64,000 nt of DNA, taken from positions 132,388 to 196,387 of the forward strand of contig CAVPJD010000008.1 of assembly GCA_963705165.1 (NCBI GenBank), in the 5' to 3' direction. Position 1 is the stretch's first letter; every line of letters starts with the position of its first letter. This DNA is from an uncultured delta proteobacterium (GTDB lineage Bacteria; Desulfobacterota; Syntrophia; Syntrophales; UBA2192). The position numbers and the translations under genes were made by a program. Below the pieces are notes generated by a model. The model saw only the letters and a program-made list of their open reading frames with translations, did not search any database and was not told where the DNA came from. Below are positions 19,513 to 28,975 of the stretch, one piece after another.

Positions 19513-20256
19513 ATGAAAAACTTATCCCGAATCCCCCACGCGGCTGAAAAGGCCCCGGATTGGGTGCCCCTGAAGAAGGCGGCCGGATCACAGCGCTTTC
19601 AGAGGAAATCGTCCCAGACCGATGCCGGAAATGAGATCTGGCTTCTGACCCTGACGGATGTGTTCATGCTGCTGATGGTCTGCTTTGTCCTGCTTTTCGG
19701 GATGAGCCTTCAACGGCAGAAGGAAACGGCGGTGACGGAGGCCCCGCCCGCCACTGCAATGATGCCGGTCCCTGCCGCACAGACGCCGCCGGCGGTTCAG
19801 GCAGACTCCTCTCTGGAATCGGACCTGCTGGCCATCCTGGGCCAAGAGGGGCAGGACGTGACGGTGGAGCGGCGCTCCACGTCCATCGTCCTGACCTTCC
19901 CGGAACGCATCATTTTCGATTCCGGGCAGGCCCAGCTCAAACTCGCCGTTCAACCCCTGCTGGAAAAGGTGGCCGCCGTCATCCTGAACCGCCCCGATCT
20001 GGCGGTTGCGATACACGGCCATACGGATGACCGGCCCATCCACAGCCGGCAATATCCCTCCAACTGGGAGCTTTCCGTCGACCGGGCCACCCAGGTCGCC
20101 AGGACCCTTGTCCAGATGGGCATTCAGCCCACAAAGATCTCCATCAGGGGTTTCGGGGAAGATCATCCCCTCTACGCCAACGACAGCAGCGACAACAGGC
20201 TGAAAAACCGGCGGGTGGAGATTCAATTCTCCCTGACACCCTCCAACACCAGATGA
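19513..20256 (+). CDS. motB: MotB/OmpA-family stator subunit
   Basis: TM segment WLLTLTDVFMLL with the conserved Asp; GHTDD..SNWELSVDRA..NRRVEI peptidoglycan-binding domain. Confidence 0.88.
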   Translation: MKNLSRIPHAAEKAPDWVPLKKAAGSQRFQRKSSQTDAGNEIWLLTLTDVFMLLMVCFVLLFGMSLQRQKETAVTEAPPATAMMPVPAAQTPPAVQADSSLESDLLAILGQEGQDVTVERRSTSIVLTFPERIIFDSGQAQLKLAVQPLLEKVAAVILNRPDLAVAIHGHTDDRPIHSRQYPSNWELSVDRATQVARTLVQMGIQPTKISIRGFGEDHPLYANDSSDNRLKNRRVEIQFSLTPSNTR

Positions 20257-20465
20257 AACCGGGCGCTCGGGGCTCCAGTGCCGCCGGGCCGGACCAGACG
20301 AAAAAGGCCGCCCTCAGGCCGCTGCGCGGCAGTGACCGGCTGCTACGCAGCAGTAACTGGTTGATGGGGTAAATGGTTGATAAGGGGGAAAGAGACTGCT
20401 TCGGATCAGCCTTGCCGCTTCTTCACTGTCTGCTGTAGGCTGTCGGCTTTGCTCTGCCGCGAGCG

Positions 20466-20960
20466 CTAGCGCTTACCGAGGCGCTTGGCATTTGCCGTTG
20501 TACGGGAATAGATGGGCCTGACCGCGCGTTGGGTGAACAGGCCGGCGGTGGAGTTGGGCAGCTGCGATGCCGCAATGGCTGACTCGGTCATGGTGCGGAC
20601 AAGCTCCCCTTGCCGCTCGATGGACTGGCCAACGCTGCTGCTAGCGGCCAGCGATATCATCGCCGTGGATCCGGTCAGCATCTGCGAGAAGGCTTCAACC
20701 CCGAGCTGGCGGTTCATCGTCATCACAAATTCGGCCATGGCCCGGGCCGATTCCGCGGCGGCCTCGATCTTTTCCTGTCCCATCAGGGCGAATTCACGCT
20801 GGTCACTGGCATTGGGGATGGGGCCGGCGACGGCCATGAGGCCGGCGCGGTGGCCGATGATCTCTGCCGAGTCCACCATCATTTCGCAGGTTTTCAATGC
20901 CATTTCGGTCCAGACTGAAAACGGGTTGGCGCACAGCGATAGCGTTTTGTGTCTTTCCAT
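20466..20960 (-). CDS. PHA granule-associated phasin-like protein
   Basis: NPFSVW.EMA.K..EMM..SAEIIGHR..DQREFALMGQEK..P..SRTTANAKRL matches the phasin type I recognise from betaproteobacteria. Confidence 0.7.
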   Translation of the reverse strand: MERHKTLSLCANPFSVWTEMALKTCEMMVDSAEIIGHRAGLMAVAGPIPNASDQREFALMGQEKIEAAAESARAMAEFVMTMNRQLGVEAFSQMLTGSTAMISLAASSSVGQSIERQGELVRTMTESAIAASQLPNSTAGLFTQRAVRPIYSRTTANAKRLGKR

Positions 20961-21358
20961 TCTTCTTTCTTCTTTCCTCGTTACGAAAAGGATTTGCCGC
21001 CTGATAGTTGTTTATCGGCAGAACCCGGTGTTTTCTTGAACACCCTTCACTCTTCCACCGTCCGCCGACGGCGACCTTCGGGGCGATCTCCGTGATCTGC
21101 AGGTGCTGCCGGTTTGATGTGAAATCCCGTATTCCCTTCCGCTGCGCAGTTTGTTATCGCTTTACCCGAAGGCTGCATATTACGAGCCATCACATCCCCT
21201 GGGAAGCGTCCGTTTGCAGCGAGGAGACAGAGAACGAACTTCCCCGAGCATACACCAAAAGGCCTCCCTCGAGCCGAAGACGGCCTTTCTCGTTTTTCCT
21301 GTTGCGATGGTCACTTTGTTCACAAGCCACAAACCACGAGACACTTCTCCACGGCTCC

Positions 21359-22321
21359 CTACTGCCCTTCCACCTTTTTCCATGACTTGTCCGGATCGAA
21401 GGCGGTGATGGCCACCGCGAGCTGCGCCGTCTCCGGCCCGAGGTCCTTCTCGTAAACGACACCCTCGTGGTTCACGCTGAAGGTCTTGACGCCGGAGGCC
21501 CGGTACACGGCAGGATAGGCCACGATGGCGAATCCGCCGATCATATTGCCGTTCACAAGGTAGCTGTAGGCGCCCCCGTTGGCATTCTCCCCCTGGGCCG
21601 TGATGATCCTGAAAAGGTACCCGTGATAGGGCGACAACTGTTCGGCATTCCTGTAGCCTTCGGCCGTCGCGCGGGCAACGAATGGCCCCAGCGGGCTCAG
21701 GGGCTCACCCGGGGCCGCTTCCCAGTAAAGGCCGTCCTTTTTTCCTTTCTCGCTTTCGAACTTCCGGGCGTATTCCAGAAGTTGATCGGTGTCGCGGTCC
21801 AGGGTGGCATACTCTTTCTCGGCATCCACGATGGCCAGACAGGTCTGGATCGCACCAATCTCATTCTTGCCGACCCTGCGGCTCAGGCTTTCTTCCCGGC
21901 CCTCCTCCGCATTAAAGCGCCACTGCTTGCCGGTTTTCACGATCGGAACCGGCATGGGCCAGTCATCCTTGCCGACATAAAGAATCCTTTTGCTGTCGCC
22001 CGCCTTCGCCAGTCGGTGCGCCTCGCCATAGGCCTTTACGAACATTGCCCGACCCCAGGCGTCGTCCACGTCGTCGCCCGAGGAGATCAGGTCTTTCGTG
22101 CCCGGTCCGAAGAGGGCCTCGAGTGCCGCGATGTCGTTTGCCTGGGTGGAATCGACCAGGGCCTTGACGGCTGCCTCGGGCGATTCGAAGGTCTGCTGCT
22201 GAGGCGGGACCGCCATGGCCGTTGCCTCGTAGCCCGTTATAGCGATCAGGACAGCAAGCATCCCGATCAGGACGATCCGGGTTGCCGATCCTTTTTTATC
22301 GTGACTCCTGTCTGAAACCAT
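21359..22321 (-). CDS. DUF2950 family exported protein
   Basis: FESPEAAVKAL, WPMPVPIV, RRVGKNE, DGLYW, PYHGY.FRI, AYPA.Y..SGVKTF..YEKDLG. Confidence 0.9.
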   Translation of the reverse strand: MVSDRSHDKKGSATRIVLIGMLAVLIAITGYEATAMAVPPQQQTFESPEAAVKALVDSTQANDIAALEALFGPGTKDLISSGDDVDDAWGRAMFVKAYGEAHRLAKAGDSKRILYVGKDDWPMPVPIVKTGKQWRFNAEEGREESLSRRVGKNEIGAIQTCLAIVDAEKEYATLDRDTDQLLEYARKFESEKGKKDGLYWEAAPGEPLSPLGPFVARATAEGYRNAEQLSPYHGYLFRIITAQGENANGGAYSYLVNGNMIGGFAIVAYPAVYRASGVKTFSVNHEGVVYEKDLGPETAQLAVAITAFDPDKSWKKVEGQ

Positions 22322-22384
22322 TTCGGTCCTCCATCGATGAGCGCATTGTCAATTATGATCGATCGACTGTTCCCTGTCGTTTCT

Positions 22385-23881
22385 CTACTTGCGACCAGGG
22401 CCGCCTCCTTCGTGCTTCACTCCTCCCTTCGCAGGCTTTTCTGCCGGGGCGGGCTTTTTTTCCGGGGCAGGCTTTGACACGTCGGGTGAATGCTTGGACG
22501 GGCCCTCCCCTTTCACCTTGGGAGAGGAGAGGCTGTCGCGTCCCCGGGCACTTTCCTTGCGGGCCTTGCCTCCCTGCTCGACCCCATAGATGGTGTTTGA
22601 GGGTGCAGGCCGTGAGATGGTTTGGGCCGGTCTGGTCTGCGTTGACGGGCGCGCCACCGTGGAGGGGCCGGGCTTCGTATCTGGCGCCGGTCTCGTCATG
22701 GCCGGGGCCGTCTTCGTTTCCGGCGCAGGCCGCGTGACGGCCGGAGCGGTTCTCGTATCCGGTCCCGGACGCGAAACGGCGGATTCCGGTATGCTTTGCG
22801 TTGACGGGCGCGTCACCGTGGCGGGGCCGGGCCTTGTGTCTGGTGCGGGCTTCGCCAGGCCCGGGCCGGGCTTTGCTTCGGGAGCCGGCCGTGCAGCAGC
22901 CGGAGATGTCCTGGTGTCCGGCCCCGGACGCGAAACGGCGGAGCCGGGCCGGGCGGGTCCCGTCTGGTCGTAGCCCCTGTAATCGCGGCGGTTATCCACC
23001 CCCTGCCGGTTTGACGGGGCGTATTTCTCACGCGTGCCGGGATCCCGATAGGCCACTCCCTTGCGATGTCCGGGGTCGTGCCGCCAGGTCGTTGTCTGGA
23101 TCTCCCTTGTATGGATGACCGTGGTGGTGCGGTTGATGTTGACGTTCCGGTTCACGTTGACATAGACGTTGCGGTGTCCCCAGTTCCAATACCCCCAGCC
23201 GTGATTCCAGGCGGAAGCAACCGCAATACCGACCCCGAAGGTGATCACGCCGGCCGCGATCACCGCGCCGGGCGAATAATACGGGTAGATCACCACGGGC
23301 GGGTATGCAGGATACCTCCATCTTCCGTAGACCACCGTCGGGCTGTAGACGGGCACATAGACCACCTGCGGGTTGGCCGGCTGGACGACGATGATGGTGC
23401 CCTCCCGGGAAACGGTCTGCTGCTGGGAGGATCGCAGGTTCCCCGCTGCATAAGCCTTGGCCCGGAGCTCCTGGACCGTGGCCATTACGTCCGCCTCCTG
23501 GGCAAGAAAGGCATCCCCCACACTCTGGGTCCACTCGAGCCTTTGGCTCATCATGGAAAGGACGTCGGGAAAGGGCACCAGGGCCTTCACGCTGGCATCC
23601 CAATTCTGCCTGTCGAGGGCATCGTTGAGCGCCTCGGGCGGCAGATTCCTGTACTGCTTGACCCAGCGGTCCGCCTGCACGACCTCGAGCGGGTATGTGG
23701 CCGCCATGAGGATCTGGGCAAGAAGGGAGTCGGGATACAGGGCGATGGGCGCCAGAATCTGGTCAAGCTCCTCCTGCCTGAAAACCGGTATGTTACTCTG
23801 TGCAAAAACCGGTACCGGCATGGCCATCAAGACCACCAGGAGCCCGATCAATGCACGCTGCCACGAGCCGTTGAGTTTCAT
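22385..23881 (-). CDS. DUF3300 family protein with a Pro/Arg/Thr-rich repeat tail
   Basis: LDQILAPIALYPDSLLAQIL.AATYP, WDASVKAL, VYVPVY.P; 13-aa repeats such as RPAPDTKPGPSTV. Confidence 0.92.
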   Translation of the reverse strand: MKLNGSWQRALIGLLVVLMAMPVPVFAQSNIPVFRQEELDQILAPIALYPDSLLAQILMAATYPLEVVQADRWVKQYRNLPPEALNDALDRQNWDASVKALVPFPDVLSMMSQRLEWTQSVGDAFLAQEADVMATVQELRAKAYAAGNLRSSQQQTVSREGTIIVVQPANPQVVYVPVYSPTVVYGRWRYPAYPPVVIYPYYSPGAVIAAGVITFGVGIAVASAWNHGWGYWNWGHRNVYVNVNRNVNINRTTTVIHTREIQTTTWRHDPGHRKGVAYRDPGTREKYAPSNRQGVDNRRDYRGYDQTGPARPGSAVSRPGPDTRTSPAAARPAPEAKPGPGLAKPAPDTRPGPATVTRPSTQSIPESAVSRPGPDTRTAPAVTRPAPETKTAPAMTRPAPDTKPGPSTVARPSTQTRPAQTISRPAPSNTIYGVEQGGKARKESARGRDSLSSPKVKGEGPSKHSPDVSKPAPEKKPAPAEKPAKGGVKHEGGGPGRK

Positions 23882-24211
23882 GTTTATCCCTCAATGTGAT
23901 CCATCGTTCTTTTATCGCGGACCCTGAAGGGTCCCAAACATGCCGCATCATACAATATTTTGCCGAGAATCGTCACTCTTCATTGCCGGCCCCCCGCACC
24001 CTTTCATGGCTTCTAGAGGGTTTACCGTATGAAACGTTTCACTCCGGCTCGCGTTGACACCGCCCCCCTTGATGAGAACGGCTTTTGGAAGGCGGTCCAT
24101 CCCTGCGCGCCATGATCCCCAACTCCGATCACTCACAACCGAAAGGCCGCCCTCTCGAGGAGGACGGCCTTATTCTTCAATCGCAGCCATTTCTGTGGCG
24201 ACAGCCTTTGA

Positions 24212-24607
24212 TTATTCCTTCTTCTTCTTTTTTTCCTTGCCGTCTGACGGGGCCTTCTTTGGCTCCTTGTCCTTGCCTTTCTCTTTGCCTTTGTCCTTGC
24301 CTTTGTCCTTTTCTTTATCCTTGTCTTTGCCGCCTTCCTGAGCCTTAGCTTTTCGAAGGGCAGCCTCGTTTTCCACCTTTTCCGCCTTTATTTTCGCCAG
24401 TTCTGCAGTCCTCTGCTCGATCTTGGCAATTGCCTTCAGTCTGAGATCCGTGGCCTTGATGTTGGCACGCAGGTTCTTGACGAGAGGATCTTTTGCGATC
24501 ATGGAAGGTTCGGTCTTCTTTTCAGACAGGAGAGCCAGGCGATTTGCCAGCCTTCGTTCGTACTGTTCCTTCCGCCCCATTTGCGTCGTCTTCAGCTTTG
24601 ATGCCAT
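24212..24607 (-). CDS. Lys-rich basic hypothetical protein
   Basis: GAGG RBS; coiled coil, then DKGKDKGKEKGKDK repeats; terminator at 24142-24171. Confidence 0.7.
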   Translation of the reverse strand: MASKLKTTQMGRKEQYERRLANRLALLSEKKTEPSMIAKDPLVKNLRANIKATDLRLKAIAKIEQRTAELAKIKAEKVENEAALRKAKAQEGGKDKDKEKDKGKDKGKEKGKDKEPKKAPSDGKEKKKKKE

Positions 24608-24902
24608 ATTTCCATCCCTCTCCGTTTTACTTGTTTTAGCCCGGCAGCTGACAGGCTCTGCGGAGCTTTCTTTGCCCTGCCGGTCAGATGAACCATCCAA
24701 GTATATCTATCAGGGATTGCGCCGAATAGCCATCACATTTCAGAAGCCCCCCACAGCTGCCGGCACAAAGCGGCGCAAGGGTCAATGATTAGTCTTCTCA
24801 ACGACCGATGCCCCCGGGTATGTTATTTGCAACCCTGCCGGATAATTATCCTTTCAAGGCCTGTCTTCACCCCGGATCCAAACGATCGGAGAGCCGCAGA
24901 GC

Positions 24903-25847
24903 ATGAATGTCACGTCGCTTTTGAAAGAGATGCATCGGGCGGGGACGCTGAGTTCCGGGCAGCTTGATGTCCTGACGGAATTGCATATCAAAAAGCGCTA
25001 TTCCGTCCACCAGGAGCTCCGGGCCGCCATCTACATCGGTGTCCTGCTTATCACGGCGGGTGTGGGGCTCACCATCAGGCAGTATTTCGCGCAGCTGGGA
25101 GACATCGCCATCGTCGGCTCCCTGACGGTCGGCGCCCTTGCCGCTTTTCTCTACTGTTTCCTGAAGGGCAAACCTTATTCAAACGGCGAAGTCGAATCGC
25201 CCAACATCCTGTTTGACTACGTCCTGCTTCTCGGCTGCACGCTCTACGCGGCCGATGTCGGATACATCGAGACGCAGTTTCACGTCCTGGGGGATTCGTG
25301 GCACAACTACCTTCTCGTGTCGGCGGCGCTTTTCTTCTTCCTCGCCTATCGATTCGACAACCGGCTTGTGCTGTCGATGGCCCTGTCGACGCTGGCCGCA
25401 TGGTTCGGCTTTCAACTATCGGTGAGCTTTCTGTCCTTTCACAAGGTTTACCGCGAGTCCGCCATTGCCTACAGCCTCGTCACCTTTGCCCTGGGCAGCC
25501 TGTCGCACCGGCTCGCCGTCAAAAAGCACTTTTTCGACATCTATCTTAATTTCACGGTTCATTTCCTCCTTGTGGCACTCCTGTCGGGCGTTGCCCAGTA
25601 CCGATTCGCATCCTGGCATCTGCCCGCCATGGCCGCAGCGATTGCCGCCGTGGCGGTCTGGTCCATGCGCACCCGGCGGTTTCTCTACATGCTCTATGCG
25701 ATCCTGTACGGCTATGCGTGCCTGAGCGTGGTCGTCCTCGAATACCTGCACAACACGAACTCTTTTTTCCTCTACGGCATCGTGTCATCGCTGACCGTCA
25801 TCGGCCTGATTTTCGCCCTCTCGCGGCGGTTCAAGGAGGGCACGTGA
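24903..25847 (+). CDS. DUF2157-family membrane protein
   Basis: SVHQELRAAIY.GVLL, AYRFDNRLVLS.AL..LAAW.G; multiple TM helices. Confidence 0.8.
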   Translation: MNVTSLLKEMHRAGTLSSGQLDVLTELHIKKRYSVHQELRAAIYIGVLLITAGVGLTIRQYFAQLGDIAIVGSLTVGALAAFLYCFLKGKPYSNGEVESPNILFDYVLLLGCTLYAADVGYIETQFHVLGDSWHNYLLVSAALFFFLAYRFDNRLVLSMALSTLAAWFGFQLSVSFLSFHKVYRESAIAYSLVTFALGSLSHRLAVKKHFFDIYLNFTVHFLLVALLSGVAQYRFASWHLPAMAAAIAAVAVWSMRTRRFLYMLYAILYGYACLSVVVLEYLHNTNSFFLYGIVSSLTVIGLIFALSRRFKEGT

Positions 25848-27049
25848 GAATAAGCCTCTACACGGCCGAGCAGCAGGAGCGGCTCTTCATCCGGCGCGAG
25901 GCGCGCACCTGGGCCCGCTCGGGCCTCATCACGGATGCGCAGCTCGGGCTCATCGAGTCGCGCACCGACCCCGGGCTGCGGCAGACCAATGTCTTTTTCC
26001 GCATCCTGTTCTTCCTGTTTGCCAGCTCATGCCTGCACGCCGTGATGGGTCTTTTCCTCTCGATGGTCGGTTTTAAAGGCCTGGCGTCGATGGCTTGGGC
26101 GGTCCTGGCGCTCGGCCTTGCCTCGGTCGGCCTTGCCGAATACCTGGTGCGCGGCAAATCCCTCTACCGCTACGGCATTGAAGAGGCCCTGGCGCTGACG
26201 GGCATGGCCCTGGGCTGCTGGGGCATCGTCCTTTTCCTCAGCCTTACGAAGGTCGAACCACGATGGCTCATCACGACAGGCGCACTGCTGGCCTCGGCGG
26301 GCTCGTTCTGGCTCTACCTCCGGTTCGGCTTCCTCTATGCCGCCGTCATCGCCGCGGCCTGCGCCTGTGTCGTCCCCTTCCAGCTGTCCCTGCCGCACAC
26401 AAGCGAGAGGGCGATCGTGGCGATGGTCCTGGCGCTCTTCCTGCTGGCAAGCATCCGCTCGGAGAGCTTCGAGACGAGAGATTTCAAAAAAGAAAGAAGC
26501 GCCATGCTGCAGGCCTGCCTCCTGGCGGGTATCTACCTGGCCGTCAACCTGCGCCTCCCGGAGCTGGGCAGGGCCCACTTCGGCTACGCGGCCCCGTTCC
26601 ATCAGCCCCATGCAGGTTTCCCCCCTCTGTTCTACTGGACAACCTACGGGCTCGCCTTTCTGGTCCCGGTGCTCGGCCTTTACCACGGCCTGAAAAACCG
26701 CAAGCGGATCGTGAGCAACGTAAGCCTCATTGCCGCCCTCCTGACGCTGGCAACCAACAAGGACTACCTGGGCTTCAAGCACTACGCCTGGGATCCGGCG
26801 ATCCTCGGCGTCGTGATGGTCGTGGCCGCAATCGTCATCATGCGCTGGCTCGCAAACGGGACCCAAGAGGCGCGCAACGGCTTCACGGCGCAGAATCTGC
26901 TCAAGCCGGAAAATCACGGGATCAATCTGGCCGATCTCGGTGCGGCACTCCTTCCCGGCGCCATCCAGGCGAATCTGCCGCCGGCATCGCCTGACAAGCC
27001 TTTCGCCGGCGGACAATCCGGCGGGGGAGGTGCCTCGAGCGGGTATTGA
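25844..27049 (+). CDS. Multi-pass membrane protein coupled to the DUF2157 gene
   Basis: GTG start overlaps the upstream TGA (GTGA); YRYGIEEAL; C-terminal FAGGQSGGGGASSGY. Confidence 0.8.
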   Translation: MRISLYTAEQQERLFIRREARTWARSGLITDAQLGLIESRTDPGLRQTNVFFRILFFLFASSCLHAVMGLFLSMVGFKGLASMAWAVLALGLASVGLAEYLVRGKSLYRYGIEEALALTGMALGCWGIVLFLSLTKVEPRWLITTGALLASAGSFWLYLRFGFLYAAVIAAACACVVPFQLSLPHTSERAIVAMVLALFLLASIRSESFETRDFKKERSAMLQACLLAGIYLAVNLRLPELGRAHFGYAAPFHQPHAGFPPLFYWTTYGLAFLVPVLGLYHGLKNRKRIVSNVSLIAALLTLATNKDYLGFKHYAWDPAILGVVMVVAAIVIMRWLANGTQEARNGFTAQNLLKPENHGINLADLGAALLPGAIQANLPPASPDKPFAGGQSGGGGASSGY

Positions 27050-27170
27050 TCCTGAGAAGGATAAAAAACGGCCGCCCCCATGATGAGGACGGCCGTTTTC
27101 TTTTCTCCCGGGCACCCGAATCCCTTTTCCCTAATCAACCAGTTACTGCTGCGTAGCAGCTGCCTGCCGT

Positions 27171-27830
27171 TTACCCGTCCAGCTTCTGACTGTACTCATC
27201 AATAAAGGTGCGGACCTTATTCACATAGTGCAGGTGGCGGCGATTCAGTCCGCCCCTCACAGATCCTTCGCCTGAATAGTAGGCCGAAAAAACATGATCC
27301 CACAACTCCGGCTCCTGATACCCCATCCCCTGGTATTTGTCATACAAGTCCCGCAGGATTTCCGCCGACACCATGATGTTGACCGAAGGTCTGAACGCTT
27401 CCTCCCGGGAAGAGGACAGGCTCAGTTTCTCTGTATACCTTTTCCAGGTGACGGGGTGGATTTGCATGAGCCCCATGGCACGGCTGCTGGAGACGGCACG
27501 AACCGTGAAATTGCTCTCCGTGCGCATCAGCCCCAGAAACGTCCTGACAGGGATTTCCGTCCGCCGGGACTGCTCGAGGATGGCCTCGGCAATCTGGAGC
27601 CCCTGGAGCCTGTTCATCTTTCTGTCCCGGAATACCTCAAAAATCTCTTCCGGGGTCCTGGTTCCCGAGTAGCGGTCCTGCATCATCGGATCGATATCGA
27701 CCTTCATATGTGCCTGGGTCTGATGGTCCATGAAAACAACGCAGAGCAGGGAAACAATGACCGCTGACATGATGCGCATCCACCACTTTCTGCACGACAG
27801 ATGTTGTTCTTGCAGGTTGATCTGCTGCAT
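27171..27830 (-). CDS. Lytic transglycosylase (SLT domain)
   Basis: MRTESNF..AVSSSRAMGLMQI..NI..AYYSG..YVNKV; start uncertain. Confidence 0.85.
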   Translation of the reverse strand: MQQINLQEQHLSCRKWWMRIMSAVIVSLLCVVFMDHQTQAHMKVDIDPMMQDRYSGTRTPEEIFEVFRDRKMNRLQGLQIAEAILEQSRRTEIPVRTFLGLMRTESNFTVRAVSSSRAMGLMQIHPVTWKRYTEKLSLSSSREEAFRPSVNIMVSAEILRDLYDKYQGMGYQEPELWDHVFSAYYSGEGSVRGGLNRRHLHYVNKVRTFIDEYSQKLDG

Positions 27831-27963
27831 GGTGCACTTTATGTTTTTCAATTCACCCTCTGCTTTGCAACTCCCAAGGACTGAAAAGGGAGCCCAATAA
27901 TAAGAGGAGGGCTTCCTTGTGGAAAGCCCCCTCAGTTCAATTTGCAGTTTTAATGACGTTCGG

Positions 27964-28269
27964 CTACTTTGCCGTTGACGTAAAAATGTCTCCCTGCAGG
28001 GTCCCGTAAGATCCGGCAAAGAACTCGTCGACTTTCTTGTGGTTCTCATTCATGGCCGCCGTGATATCTTCGAGACCTTTCCGGCAGGTCTTGTCCCACT
28101 CTCTGAGAGCCTTTTTCCCCTCCTCGGGAATCCAGGGAGACATGTCGATGAACATGTTTGTCATTTTCTCCGTCTGTTCCTGAAGAGCGGCCATGGCTTT
28201 CGAGGTATTGTCCATTGCCGTTCTGGTGAATTCGGTCATCTGCTTGTTTATTGGCTGATTCATCATCAT
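27964..28269 (-). CDS. Small helical phasin-like protein (paralog 2)
   Basis: KQMTEF.RTA.DN..LQEQTEKM..PWIPEEGKKAL.EW; clearly similar to the upstream gene. Confidence 0.7.
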   Translation of the reverse strand: MMMNQPINKQMTEFTRTAMDNTSKAMAALQEQTEKMTNMFIDMSPWIPEEGKKALREWDKTCRKGLEDITAAMNENHKKVDEFFAGSYGTLQGDIFTSTAK

Positions 28270-28303
28270 ATTTATCCTTTTTTCATGTTACGATTCGTTT
28301 AAC

Positions 28304-28648
28304 TTACTTGGCCTTCTTCGTCTTCTGAGCCCCCTGACCCTTGTCAGCCTTCTCGGGCGCCTCAACAGAGTCAGCCCCGTTATCCTTATGGAAAAGCATC
28401 TCTATTTTCTTGTACTGTTCATCTGCGGCTACTTTAAAATCGTCATAGCCCTTCCTGTAGACCTTGAGCCATTCGCCGACGAGCTTCCTGCCCTCTTCGG
28501 GAAACCAGGGGGATCGCACCAGGGAAAGGGTGATGGTCTTCTCCGTGTATTCCCGGAGCATGGTGATCGTGTTGAAGCTGCTGTCGAATGTGGTTTTGTA
28601 AAATCCGGTGATCTGTTTTGCCATCTTTGTGTGGGCCATTCTTTTCAT
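28304..28648 (-). CDS. Small helical phasin-like protein (paralog 1)
   Basis: KQITGFYKTTFDSSF..EYTEK..PWFPEEGRKL..EW; AAGGAG RBS. Confidence 0.72.
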   Translation of the reverse strand: MKRMAHTKMAKQITGFYKTTFDSSFNTITMLREYTEKTITLSLVRSPWFPEEGRKLVGEWLKVYRKGYDDFKVAADEQYKKIEMLFHKDNGADSVEAPEKADKGQGAQKTKKAK

Positions 28649-28678
28649 CTCCTTCGATCTCTTCGATCTCGTTGGGAC

Positions 28679-28859
28679 ACCATACTATGGCGATGACAGT
28701 TAGTCAAGATAAATGTTGCATTGCAATATTAAGTGATCTTTCTTCAGTAATATTTCTCGCCTTCTGCAATGTTATATAATAACATATAGTTATAAAAATA
28801 TTATTGTTGATCTGCCCCCGAAAAAGAAACCCTGTCGAACAAATAATTGCTGCAATGCA
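28679..28859 (-). promoter_or_regulatory. Sigma-70 promoter plus two PhaR-like TGC-N3-GCA boxes
   Basis: Minus-strand TTGACT-N17-TATGGT (28679-28707); ATGTTGCATTGCAATAT (28713-28729); TGCAATGCA (28851-28859). Confidence 0.55.
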
Positions 28860-28975
28860 AAAATGTCAAGGCCTGTTCCGCCCGCCTCCCCCCATTTCCA
28901 CCCCCGGAACAGGTGCAAAAAAACCGTCCCCTTGTAGGGGACGGCCCCTGTCGCCACGAAAAGGCCTTACTGGAT

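Noticed and set aside
18695..20256. Zorya (ZorAB) anti-phage system
   Set aside because: MotA has ordinary stator length with no long ZorA tail, and no zorC/D/E genes are adjacent.
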